From Octopus sinensis (lineage: Eukaryota), in assembly GCF_006345805.1 (NCBI RefSeq), contig NC_043019.1:5827360-5891359 (forward strand): 64,000 nucleotides of DNA. Direction: 5' to 3'. Of this stretch, positions 1 through 11,781 are shown piece by piece. Position 1 is the first letter of the stretch; the number at the start of each line of letters is the position of its first letter. The notes under the pieces were generated by a model. The model worked only from the letters and a program-made list of their open reading frames with translations. It was not told where the DNA came from and made no database searches. A program made the position numbers and the translations under genes.

Positions 1-215
1 AATCAGTCGGTTCTAGCAACGACCATGCTCAAAGGTACTTTTACATGCCACCTGCACGGGAGCCAGTCCAGCAGCACTGGCAATGACCACACTCAAATGT
101 TGTTTTTTCACATGCCACCGGCGCATGTGCCAGTAAGGTGACACTGGCAACGATCATGCTCGAATGGTGCTTTTTACATGCCACCGGCACAGGGGACAAT
201 CAGCTGCCCTGACAA
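1..215 (-). mobile_element. SINE family 3, internal ~60-bp tandem sub-units (cut by window start)
   Basis: Repeated gtgctttttacatgccaccggcac-type units, also seen at 8773, 25998, 29237 and 30339. Confidence 0.7.
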
Positions 216-342
216 CGACACTGTATTTTAATGTGTATAAATTAATTTTGGGGGCTTAAAATTTGGAAAAAAATTTTGTAAGGGATTAGGTAAATTTTGA
301 TAAGTCCACCCACACTTATCAAGTAATGCATTTCGTTTTTGT

Positions 343-556
343 GTGAGGAGAGAAAGAGAGAGAGAGAGAGAGAGGGGGGAGAGAGAGAGGGGGGAGAGAG
401 AGAGAGGGAGAGAGAGAGGGAGAGAGAGAGAGACTCTGGATATAGTAAGAAAGAAAGGGCCTTCTATGAAAGAGAAGGGAGACATAAATGAAATTAGAAA
501 TATCTTAAATGATACTGAGATGTTTTCATCTCTCTCTCTCCTGCTCTGTATTTCTG

Positions 557-611
<55 letters not shown>

Positions 612-638
612 CTCTTTCTCTGTATTTCTCTCTTTCTC

Positions 639-681
<43 letters not shown>
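343..681. repeat. (GA)n tract, ~100-bp spacer, then (TC)n and (CA)n tracts
   Basis: Directly visible. Confidence 0.95.
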
Positions 682-689
<8 letters not shown>

Positions 690-1477
690 AATGCATAGTA
701 CTGTGGAAGAGAAAAATGTTTTTCTTTTCTTAAACACACAAGATATAATATGTAAATTAAGGATGTCTTTAAAAGATACAACATTTTCCCATTAGAATAT
801 ATTTCTTTTCTCACGCAACATTTAAGATATAGTTATTTTAAATCGATTCTTTGTGCAGAGAGAAAACTGATTCTCTCAATCTTGATTAGAGTTTCAGGCA
901 GCGAAACTTGCAAAAGGAAAGTGAATTTTTTCTTTTTTTCATTTAAAATACTCGATATCATTTGAATTTATTCTGCAATCTGGGATTAACAGATCCAGTG
1001 ATTTAAGAGGTAGGAAAAAGATATTTTGTTTTAATATACTTTTATTTGTTTTACACAAACACAAAAATTCCCAAGGGGATATATTCCTGACATTACTACT
1101 AATTTCTATAACTTTAGCATTTTCACTTCTTTTCAAAGTTGCTGGAATTTTCAATCTAACGTAATCAGCACTCTTGAAAACGTATTTCTGTTAAATGGTG
1201 GGGGTGGAATTTATGAGTGTTCCATCCTGCCACAACTCCTGTTTTCCCGACAAAAAGTGTTTTGTGGCATATTAGGAAGTCACCTTAATTCATTCAACGG
1301 AAACAAATTTTCAATGATTCCAGGAGGGCGGGGGCGATTTTTTCAACCAGCCCCTTTTTTCCCAGATTACAGCACATTAGGAGGTCAGGATATTTGATTC
1401 CATGCAAAAAATCCGAGGTTTTATTTTTTTCATAGTGAAATGCATGCGGGTGCACTTATCTAAATTTACCATGTATA

Positions 1478-1642
1478 GGCACAGGAGTGGCTGTGTGGTA
1501 AGTAGCTTGTTTACCAACCACATGGTTCCGGGTTCAGTCCCACTGCATGGCACCTTGGGCAAGTGTTTTCTACTATAGCCTCGGGCCGACCAAAGCCTTG
1601 TGAGTGGATTTGGTAGACGGAAACTGAAAGAAGCCTGTCGTA

Positions 1643-1681
<39 letters not shown>

Positions 1682-1900
1682 CTGTGTTTGTCCCCCTAGC
1701 ATTGCTTGACAACCAATGCTGATGCGTTTACGTCCCCGTCACTTAGCGGTTCGGCAAAGGAGACTGATAGAATAAGTACTGGGCTTACAAAAACAATAAG
1801 TCCCGGGGTCAAGTTGCTCGATTAAAGGCGGTGCTCCAGCATGGCCGCAGTCAAATGACTGAAACAAGTAAAAGAGTAAAAAGAGAGAGAGAGAGAGAGT
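1478..1900 (+). mobile_element. SINE family 1 (tRNA-derived head, internal (TA)n(TG)n, (AAAGAGT)n tail)
   Basis: Head ggcacaggagtggctgtgtggtaag (A-box-like TGGCTGTGTGG) and gggttcagtccc (B-box-like); about 20 near-identical copies in the window. Confidence 0.9.
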
Positions 1901-2338
1901 ATACCCTTAAAGAGAATATAAATAAATTATCTTCACAAGCTAACAAGTTTTATCAAAAATATTTTTTACTAATCATAGAAACCACTAAATTCCTCTCATC
2001 TGCTGCGTCATAATCAGATTCAACTGCTGGTAGTTCATTATCATCAGAGGCACAATCACTTCTTTCTTCACACCATTCCACAGATTCTTCACTCAGCTGC
2101 AAACTTCACTGATCGTTGGCTTCCAAACTTTTCCTGTTGGTCTTAGGTTGGAGTTACCCCCTTGCATCCACTTACTCCATTCATCTCTCATTAGTTCCTT
2201 GAATTGTTTGTTGATACTGACCCCCAGAGGTTGAAGTTTGCTTGTCAGGCCACCAGGAAATCACTGCCAATTGGCTTTCTGATCTTTTTGCCAATTTTTT
2301 TGTTTCGCCAGTTATATAGGCCCTGAACTGATCTAACA

Positions 2339-2427
2339 GGAGGGGAAGCACTCCGTCGGTCTGGGAATTGAAACCGCGATCCTACGACCGTGAGTCCGCT
2401 GCCCTAACCACTGGGCCATTGCGCCTC
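2339..2427 (-). mobile_element. 89-bp tRNA-derived SINE derivative with 11-bp TSD
   Basis: Minus strand gaggcgcaatggcccagtggttagggcagcggactcacggtcgtaggatcgcggtttcaattcccagaccg (A box TGGCCCAGTGG, B box GGTTTCAATTCC); TSD ctgatctaaca at 2328-2338 and 2428-2438. Confidence 0.8.
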
Positions 2428-2854
2428 CTGATCTAACAACAGCATAGATGGCTTCTTAAAAAGGTTCCCAGGTCTAAGAGACTCCAAATCTTCTCGAACC
2501 AAAGCTTCATACCATCTTGATCCATCCAGCCCTTTGCATGAACATGCACAAGAATCCCTTCTGGCAGCTTCTCCTTTGGAAGTATCTTCCTTTTGAAAAT
2601 AAGCATGGGTGGCAACTGGGTACCAACAGCACAGCATGCCAAGACAACTGTGTGGTGGGCCTTCTCATGCCTACTTGTCTTGATGCCTACTGTTTTGGCC
2701 CCTTTTTGATTCACAGTTTTGTTGGAAGGCACATCAAAGTTAAGTGGAACTTCATCAAAATTTGTTATGTGGCAAAGTTCAAAATTGGTTTTCTTGCATA
2801 AATTAATGATATAAGAATGAAACTTAAGAATCTTTTCTTCATCAGGCATCTTCT

Positions 2855-2929
2855 ATGGACCGTGAAGTCTGGCGGAGCATGGTAAATTCCATTGTCTCGA
2901 CCACGGTCGAACAATGATGAATGATGATG
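2855..2929 (+). mobile_element. 75-bp 5'-truncated LINE 3' end (RTE-like) with 11-bp TSD
   Basis: TSD aggcatcttct at 2844-2854 and 2930-2940; encodes DREVWRSMVNSIVSTTVEQ* then (TGA)n tail; homologous to 60601-60670. Confidence 0.85.
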
Positions 2930-3815
2930 AGGCATCTTCTGAACAAGCTTGGTTCTCGTCCTTAGACTCAAACTATTCCTCTTCATAAAACAGCAGCATC
3001 CGATGGGCGTGCCTTTAAAACCAGTTGTCTCTTCTGTCTCCTGTTCTTCCTCTTTGCTCTTTTTTATCTCCTGAGCAATTCTTCTTCCTCGATCGATGAG
3101 GATCTTTGTCGAAACAAATGCACCCGTTTGAGTTTTTCCTCCAGATTTGGCCACCTTGCCTTTTTGCTTCATGCTGCTCTCTTCATCCTTGGCATCTCTA
3201 AAAGTTCGTCTTTGTGCTTTCCCCACAGTCCAATCATGGCAGCCACAAGAAGAGGAGGCCCAAGCTGTTTTGCTGCAGCTCTATTTCCATATTCCTCTGC
3301 AAACTGAATCACTTTCAATTTGAAATTTGCAGGATATAAAATGCGTTTTTTACTCTCGGAAATTTTTATGCTAACAGAAAACAAAAATCTATAAAAAGAG
3401 TAATACAGGATCAATTTAAATAAGAGCAGGCAAAACCTAAGACTGTGTCTCAGTTGAATTTCCATATATGGTCATACTACATTCACGCCTGTTTCAGTGT
3501 AAGCTGCATTGCCATATATGGTTATTGAGCATGCTTGCTATCTCTGATGGATTGTATGACCTCCGTATGTGGCCAGAGTTTTTAAATAAGTGTTAATGTT
3601 TGCACTTGTGTGTTCACTCGCAATTTTAAATACAATTTAGAACTTTCATGTTGATACAAAAAATGGATTTAACATTCTTGGTGAGCATGAGTAAGTACTG
3701 TATCCCTAATTAGTGGTTTGGACTTTAGCTGTTCTTTCTAGCATAAAGGATTCCTATGATGGAAACCTCTTAATGTGTTTAAATGTACACTGTATTTAAT
3801 ATATATATATATACA

Positions 3816-3850
<35 letters not shown>

Positions 3851-3851
<1 letters not shown>

Positions 3852-4003
3852 GGGAGAGTTTACGAAAAAAACAAAACACGAAAACAGGTGGTGTATAAAA
3901 CAAACAGATATATTTATAATGCTCAGGAATAGAAAAAGTCTTTTACATTTTGAGCCTACGCTCTTCTACAGAAAGGGACACAGGAAAACAAGGAGAGAAA
4001 AAA

Positions 4004-4041
<38 letters not shown>

Positions 4042-4185
4042 AGAGTTTACGAAAAAAACAAAAGACGAAGACAGGTGGTGTACAAAACAAACAGATGTAT
4101 TAGTATAACGCTCAGGAATAGAAAAAGTCTTTTACGTTTTGAGCCTACGCTCTTCTACAGAAAGGGACACAGAAAAAACAAGGAG

Positions 4186-4223
<38 letters not shown>

Positions 4224-4376
4224 AGAGTTTACGAAAAAAACAAAAGACGAAGACAGGTGGTGTACAAAACAAACAGATGTATTAGTATAACGCTCAGGAA
4301 TAGAAAAAGTCTTTTACGTTTTGAGCCTACGCTCTTCTACAGAAAGGGACACAGAAAAAACAAGGAGAGAAAAAAA

Positions 4377-4411
<35 letters not shown>

Positions 4412-4765
4412 GGAGAGTTTATGAAAAAAACAAAAGACGAAGACAGGTGGTGTACAAAACAAACAGATGTATTAGTATAACGCTCAGGAATAGAAAAAGT
4501 CTTTTACGTTTTGAGCCTACGCTCTTCTACAGAAAGGGACACAGAAAAAACAAGGAGAGAAAAAAAGTGTGTGTGTATATATATATATAGGGAGAGTTTA
4601 TGAAAAAAACAAAAGACGAAAACAGGTGGTGTACAAAACAAACAGATGTATTAGTATAACGTTCAGGAATAGAAAAAGTCTTTTACGTTTCGAGCCTACG
4701 CTCTTCTACAGAAAGGGACACAGAAAAAACAAAGAGAGAAACATGGAGAGAAAAAAATGTGTGTA
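3851..4765 (-). repeat. Tandem array of 5 x ~180-190 bp units separated by (TA)n, each with a minimal hammerhead-like motif on the minus strand
   Basis: Units start at 3851, 4038, 4220, 4411 and 4589; homologous solo copy at 43480-43610 (+). Confidence 0.9.
4680..4715 (-). ncRNA. Minimal type I hammerhead-like motif (core variant CUGUAGAA), best-preserved unit of the array
   Basis: Minus strand CUUU-CUGUAGAA-GAGC(GUAG)GCUC-GAAACGUA|AAAG: stem I CUUU/AAAG, stem II 4 bp, palindromic stem III ACGU, GUA site; A6 is replaced by U. Confidence 0.5.
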
Positions 4766-5016
4766 GTGGCTAATGATCTATCAGAGCATTATGGTAGGTT
4801 CGTGCGGCTCCATTTAATTGATCACTGCAGACATTACATCAATTTGAAATAAGCCGCTCTCCTCAGAAGCATACGACCATATAGATTTCCAACATACAGG
4901 ATACTCCATTACAGTTTTTAAGTAAATTTTTCATCAGTACTAGAGACTAAAATAATTCATTGCTTCTTTTTTGCTATTATTTTAGTAGAATAAATTTAGG
5001 GAAAAAATGCTTAAAT

Positions 5017-5264
5017 TATGTATGTATGTATGTATGTATGTATGTATGTATGTATGTATGTATGTACGTATGTATGTATGTATGTATGTGTGTATGTATG
5101 TATGTATGTATGTATGAATGGGTGTATGTATGTATGTATGTATGTATGTATGTATGTATGGGTGTATGTATGTATGTATGTATGTATGCATGCATGCATG
5201 TATGTATGTATGTATGTATGCATGTATGTATGTATGTATGTATGCATGTATATATGTATGTATG

Positions 5265-5298
<34 letters not shown>

Positions 5299-5356
5299 CG
5301 TATGTATGTATATATGTATGTATGTACGTACGTACGTATGTATGTATGTATGTATT

Positions 5357-5388
<32 letters not shown>

Positions 5389-5415
5389 TGTATGTATGTA
5401 TGTATGTATGTATGC
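5017..5415. repeat. (TATG)n microsatellite
   Basis: Directly visible. Confidence 0.95.
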
Positions 5416-6977
5416 ATGGATAATTCAAAGTGGCTGAAGAAAATAATGGGGGTCAAGAAAGAGGAAAGGTGATACAGCTCCATTTCTCTTTGTCCTTAGC
5501 ATATTCAAAAGATCCAATGCAGTGAGTGGCCAACATCTGCTTATAATTAAATCCATTGGGAATTGGCAGTTAAGTTCTTGTTGTTTGTGATAAATTAATT
5601 AATGTCATGTCCTCTTCCCTTTCTGCATAAAAGAATATGTTTCAGAAGACAAATTAATGATCGAGATGAGGTGATAACCAGAAAGAGTAAGGGCAGGGGT
5701 GACTTAACATATGATTATCAACTAAAAGGGACCTAAACTGGAAAACAAAGGAGGTCACAAAGGAGTGGGAATTAAAAGTATGGGAGAAAAAATGTGCATC
5801 CACACTTAGAAAAATTTATATATATTAAAGAATTAAAATTTAGAAAAGATTTAAGGACCAAGTAAGAGAAGAATAGCTAAAGGAATTTAAGCCATAAATG
5901 TGGGGTACTTTTATATTGAATAGAAACCTCATCATGCTTCTTCCTAGCATAATGTTAAAGGGGTCATGATAAAACTATTCATCAATGAACCTATAATTAA
6001 ATTCAGATAACCGAGTAGGGATACACATTTTCTATTGAATCAAAACCAAAGATTAAGGGCTGATGAAAAAAATAAGATAAATATTTCTATAACAGGTAAA
6101 CTTATTTAAAAAACCTTGGCAAAATATATTTATATAAAAATTACCAACATTACGAAAAAATCTGAAAGGATATATGAAGGTATGAAAATACCACATACAT
6201 ATACATAAAAAATATTATATATATCTATATATAAAATGAAATATATAGTGCACTTATAAAATATAAATTTAAATAAATAAATAAATATCATATTGTATTG
6301 TATTATATTGTATCATGATTATCATAGAGAGAAGTTACAAACTCCTTCACAATCTATAGAAATTACACCAGTATATATGAGGGTATATAGATATACTAAA
6401 TACAATAATATAATATAAGATAAAAGAATAAATGAAATAAAATAAAAATGAATAATAGGGAAAATATTTGTATAAATTTTAATAAAGATTTATAAAATGA
6501 AAAAATCGAAATAAAGATAAATATTTTACATTGCGAATGCCATTGAATATATACTGGATCTAAAAAGAGATAAAAGGTAAAAAATATGGATAAGTCAAGG
6601 TATTGATAACAAAAGCTAATTAAAAAAATAAATAAAATAAGATAAAGATACCATTGGAAATGGCTTTACAAAACATTTGTAAGATATATTATTACAGGCA
6701 CAGATGTATGTAGAATGATAATAGTTCTTAGGGGGTATATAATATCCTTAAGGGAGGCATAAGATCTGATAATCCATTGTAAATATTCTTATTATGACTG
6801 ACAGGGAAGAAAGCCTTAGAAGCAAAGGGAAAATAGTTTAATCTAAGTATAGTAGAAATGCAGATTAAACAGGTAGAGGTTATACGAGGCCAATATTATG
6901 TATAATTCCATACAATAGAGGTTATGTTATGAAAGATATGACACCCCAGATAATTTCTGCCACTAAATCATAGTATA

Positions 6978-7364
6978 CTCTCTTTTTACTCTTTTACTTG
7001 TTTCATTCATTTGACTGCAGCCATGCTGGAGCACCACCTTTAATCGAGCAACTCAACCCCAGGACTTATTCTTTTGTAAGCCCAGTACTTATTCTATCGG
7101 TCTCTTTTGCCGAGCCGCTAAGTAACGGCACATAAACACACCAGCATCGGTTGTCAAGCAGACACACAAACACATACACGCATATATATATATACATATA
7201 TACGACGGGCTTCCTTCAGTTTCCATCTACCAAATCCACTCACAAGGCTTTGGTCGGCCCGAGGCTATAGTAGAAGACACTTGCCCAAGTGCCACGTAGT
7301 GGGACTGAACCCGGAATCATGTGGTTCGTAAGCAAGCTACTTACCATACAGCCACTCCTGCGCC
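6978..7364 (-). mobile_element. SINE family 1
   Basis: Reverse complement of 1478-1900. Confidence 0.9.
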
Positions 7365-7419
7365 TGTATATGTATAACATTATTTGTTTCTAAAATATTT
7401 GAAGATACAGGTGTTTCTA

Positions 7420-7829
7420 TGCACACAGGATATGCTAAGGTCTAATCTAATCTAATATTAATTAGGTTATTCTTATTTACCTACTTACAAATTTCATAAA
7501 TTTCCATACAACATAGTTTGCATCCATATTGGCTATCTTTATGGCGGAGCTCCCCATACTATATCCCAATTAAGGCTAAATTTACTATCGCTATACTTAA
7601 GTTCCCCGATTTTACTAGATAATGATGTACTGTTAGCTTTATGTTTAAGTTTAAAAGATGCAAGATGGTTATTAACATGTGACTTCATGCTTTTTTGAGC
7701 ACCCGATGTAAACAAAGTTACTAGTTTCAGTCAATACTGTACATTTGTTCACAACATTTTGGGCTAAACAATGACCTAATAATGGGCATTGAGATCTTAT
7801 CCTACAATTGCAGCTGGGGATATTATTGC

Positions 7830-7868
<39 letters not shown>

Positions 7869-8200
7869 CATTATTATTTTTATTACTATTATTATTATTG
7901 TTGTTGTTGTTGTTGTTGCTGCTGCTGTTGTTGTTAATAGTAACATTACTATCATTTGTAGCATCATTCAAATTCATTGTAGTATAATCAGGTGTTGTGC
8001 CAGTAATGCCTGAGTTATTATATCTAGCAGTATTACTGCTTATATTAGTTCTATTTTTCAGGATTCCTACATATCCACTATTATTATCATCGTTACAGGG
8101 GCTTAAAACACTACTGACATTATTATTACCAATGCCCCTGGCTAATTTTATATTTCTTCTACTAAACAGGGCAATATATGTATGTATATATAGGTACAAT
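7420..8200 (-). pseudogene. Penelope-like element (Poseidon-type) GIY-YIG endonuclease remnant
   Basis: LFSRRNIKL..PSCNCRIRSQCPLLGHCLAQNVVNKCTV..VYIG; after a frameshift NHLASFKLKHKANSTSLSSKIGELK..FSLNWDIV. Confidence 0.8.
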
Positions 8201-8452
8201 AAATTCAGGGTGAATACTTGATAAATGTAAGCACCTGAATATGCCAGCTAGTAGCATAGGTGATAGGATATATGTAGCAAAGGAAATAAATGAAAACAGG
8301 ACACAAAGGATGTTGTGGTACATATGTTTCGGGCTTTATAGAACAACTTATTCTTACATCAATGCATAATCGACATAACAGATAGTTCAAAAGCCCTCCT
8401 CAGCCACGTGCAATTGCTACACCAAAGACTTGTATCACATTATGAAAGGTTT

Positions 8453-8549
8453 GAGAAAAAACATTTGGTATTATTTATAATGGTAGGTAAACCGAGTACC
8501 ATTGGGAAAGTTTACCTACCATTATAAACAATACCAAATGTTTTTTCTC
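8453..8549. repeat. Inverted repeat: 40-bp arms (39/40), 17-nt spacer
   Basis: Arms 8453-8492 and 8510-8549 compared by hand. Confidence 0.9.
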
Positions 8550-8772
8550 TATCTATCTATATATACACACACACACAAATACATATATACATACATTCAC
8601 ACACATATATACATACATACACACACATATATATATATATACATGTGTACACACATACATAATCTACATACATATACATACATACACACACATACGACAT
8701 ACATACATGTATGCGAATATGTGAATATATGTGAATCAGAATCGAAATTGATCAATGGAAATTGCAGCTGAG

Positions 8773-9102
8773 ATACCAGTGCCGGTGGCACGTAAGAGAA
8801 CCTTCTGAATGTGGCTGTTGCCAGCGCAGCCCCGACTGGACTCCGTGCCGGTGGCACGTAAAAAGCACATTCCGTTTGTGGCCGTTGCCAACCCGGCATA
8901 GTGGCCAGGCGGGGTTGGCAACGGCCAACATAAAAAGCACCCACTACACTCATGGAGTGGTTGGCATTAGGAAAGGCATCCAGCCGTAGAAACATTGCCA
9001 GATCAGACTGGGCCTGGTGCAGCCTTCTGGCATCCCAGACCCCAGTTGAACCATCCAACCCATGCCAGCATGGAAAGCGGATGCTAAACGATGATGATGA
9101 TG
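8773..9102 (+). mobile_element. SINE family 3 (aggaagggcatccagccgtagaaac core, (GAT)n tail)
   Basis: Same consensus as 25998, 29715 and 49191. Confidence 0.85.
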
Positions 9103-9461
9103 TATGTATAAATGAATGTAAATGTGCGTATGTGTTTCATCAACACGAACACAACCACCACCAACAACAATATATTTGTATGAAGAAGATAAGCAAATCC
9201 ATTTAAAATAAATCACAGAATGTGGTCTCCTCCAGTGTTTCAAAAGTTGAACGAAATGTGTTTCATCTTGGGTCTGTGAGGACTAACTTGAGACAAAACA
9301 GCCATAATGCAATTATCAAAAAACAATATAACCACCACAATGCCAACAATACTCACCCACCATCACCAAAATCTAAACCTATGCAACCCACATCATCAGC
9401 ACTATCAAATCAAATTCTTTGAGTTCAACTGGCTACAACAGATATCAGCAGCCCAACGCAA

Positions 9462-9890
9462 GTGTGCATGAGTGTGTGAGAGTGTATGAGTGTGTATGAG
9501 TGTGTGTGAATGTGTATGAGTGTGTGAGAGTGTGTGTGTGTGTGTGTCCCTGTGTGTGTGTGTATGTGTGTGTGTCCCTGTGTGTGTGTGTGAGTGTGTA
9601 TGAGTGTGTGTCCCTGTGTGTGTGTATGAGTGTGTGTCCCTGTGTGTGTATCCCTGTGTGTGTCCCTGTGTGTGTGTCCCTGTGTGTGTGTGTGTGTGTG
9701 TGTGTCCCTGTGTGTGTGTGTGAGTGTGTATGAGTGTGTGTCCCTGTGTGTGTGTATGAGTGTGTGTCCCTGTGTGTGTATCCCTGTGTGTGTGTCCCTG
9801 TGTGTGTGTGTCCCTGTGTGTGTGTGTGTGTGTGAGTGTGTATGAGTGTGTGTCCCTGTGTGTGTGTGTGTGTGTAAGTGTGTGTGTGTA
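9462..9890. repeat. Complex (GT)n/GTCCCT/GTATGA microsatellite
   Basis: Directly visible. Confidence 0.95.
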
Positions 9891-10485
9891 TTTATGATTT
9901 AAGTCAGATTTGCAAGCACCAAATTACCTATAAAATCTAGTAACCCTTCAGCCAACTGTAACCATATACCATACAGTACTTGCTCTTCCTCTGTCTTTCA
10001 CCTTTTCATCTCATTTTCATTTCTGCATCAATAGGAATCAGGCAATTTTTCATTCTCACAAATCAGATCTTTCTTGAGCCAATTTTTTAACAACATATTT
10101 TATAGTAAATCACTGTTGCTGCCATTGGGAAAGAAGCTATCAAGTGGACCTGAAGGCAGAAGTGTGAAAAGGAACCGCAAAGAGATTACAATGGATATTA
10201 AAGCGTGATCTTTTGAAAAGACTTGATGCAGAAGTAAAACTAGGTTATATTGCTGAAACACTAAATCTTCCAACATCTACAGAGGGAACAAAATGTCTAA
10301 TAACAGAGAGGAAATTATATCAATTGCTAAAGAAGCTACTCCATAAATTGTCCAGACCATATTTTCCCATAGATCTAATGTAATGCCTAAAATGGAACAA
10401 CACTTGTGTATACAGATCAAAGATCAGAATTATGAGATAATGTACAGATAAACATGAGGATAATTTTTAAAAAAGACAAAAGTTT

Positions 10486-10649
10486 GAGTGGCTGTGTGGT
10501 AAGTAGCTTGCTTACCAACCACATGGTTCCAGGTTCAGTCCCACTGCATGGCACCTTAGGCAAGTGTCTTCTACTATAGCCTCGGGCCAACCAAAGCCTT
10601 GTGAGTGGATTTGGTAGATGGAAACTGAAAGAAGCCCGTCGTATATATG

Positions 10650-10685
<36 letters not shown>

Positions 10686-10890
10686 CGTTTGTGTGTCTGT
10701 GTTTGTCCCCCAACATTGCTTGACAACCGTTGCTGGTGTGTTTACATCCCCGTAACTTAGCGGTTCTGCAAAAGAGATTGATAGAATAAGTACTAGGCTT
10801 ACAAAGAATAAGTCCTGGGGTCGATTTGCTCGACTAAAGGTGGTGCTCCAGCATGGCCACAGTCAAATGACTGAAATAAGTAAAAGAGTA
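10486..10890 (+). mobile_element. SINE family 1 inside the Tigger-like element
   Basis: Family consensus match. Confidence 0.9.
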
Positions 10891-11352
10891 GAAAATGGGA
10901 GGTGAAACTTCTAATGGAAAACCCTTTTTGGCAAGCAAAGGCTGCTTTGAAAGATTTAAAAAGCACAAGAATTTGCACAACATAAAAATGATTGCTGAAA
11001 CCGTGACTGCTGGGGCTACAACTAACTATCCTGAATATTTGATGAAAATGATTGCTAAAGAGGGCTACACACCTGAGCAAGTATACATTATTGATGAAAT
11101 TGCACTTTTCTGGAAGCACATGCCTGCTAGAATTTTTATACATCAAGAAGCAAAATCAATGCCAGGACTTTGGGATGAAATGTCCCTGGAGATATGAAAT
11201 TAAAACCCCTACATGTGTATCACTCCAAAAATCTAAGAGCTTTCACAAAGTTTAATTAACCTCTGATCTGGCATTGAAATAAGAAGGTATGGAGGACTAA
11301 GAGCCTCTTCAAAAGGTAGTTTACAAACGTTTTTTTTGACCTGCTATAGATA

Positions 11353-11523
11353 GGCACAGGAGTGGCTGAGTGGTAAGTAGCTTGCTAACCAACCACATGG
11401 TTCTGGGTTCAGTCCCACTGCGTGGCATCTTGGGCAAGTGTCTTCTGCTATAGCCCCGGGCCGACCAATGCCTTGTGAGTGGATTTGGTAGACGGAAACT
11501 GAAAGAAGCCTGTCGTATATATG

Positions 11524-11567
<44 letters not shown>

Positions 11568-11781
11568 TTGTGTGTCTGTGTTTGTCCCCCTAGCATTGCC
11601 TGACAACCAATGCTGGTGTGTTTACGTCCCCGTCACTTAGTGGTTCAGCAAAAGAGACCGATAGAATAAGTACTGGGCTTACAAAGAATAAGTCCGGGGG
11701 TCGATTTGCTCGATCAAAGGCAGTGCTCCAGCATGGCCGCAGTCAAATGACTCAAACAAGTAAAAGAGTAAAAGAGTAGAG
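11353..11781 (+). mobile_element. SINE family 1 inside the Tigger-like element
   Basis: Family consensus match. Confidence 0.9.

Larger units (their letters stand above)
1990..3470 (-). pseudogene. Decayed pogo-family (POGK/Passer-like) transposase: BrkDBD + HTH + DDE_1
   Basis: KKRILYPANFKLKVIQFAEEYGNRAAAKQLG (Brinker-type DBD); FMKRNSLSLRTRTKLVQKMP (HTH end); ITNFDEVPLNFDVP..TVVLACC..LPPMLIFKRK..KGWMD (DDE_1); continues KKPSMLLLDQ past a SINE insertion. Confidence 0.85.

Noticed and set aside
939-1154. 71-aa ORF (KIPATLKRSENAKVIEISS..)
   Set aside because: No recognisable domain or splice context; possibly part of an unclassified repeat.
2339-2427. tRNA gene
   Set aside because: It has A and B boxes but no complete cloverleaf or acceptor stem, and is flanked by a TSD; it is a SINE derivative.
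3851-4765. CRISPR-like array (also 39608-40105, 49667-50512, 61212-61642)
   Set aside because: The units are contiguous tandem copies with no unique spacers, there are no cas genes, and the context is eukaryotic.
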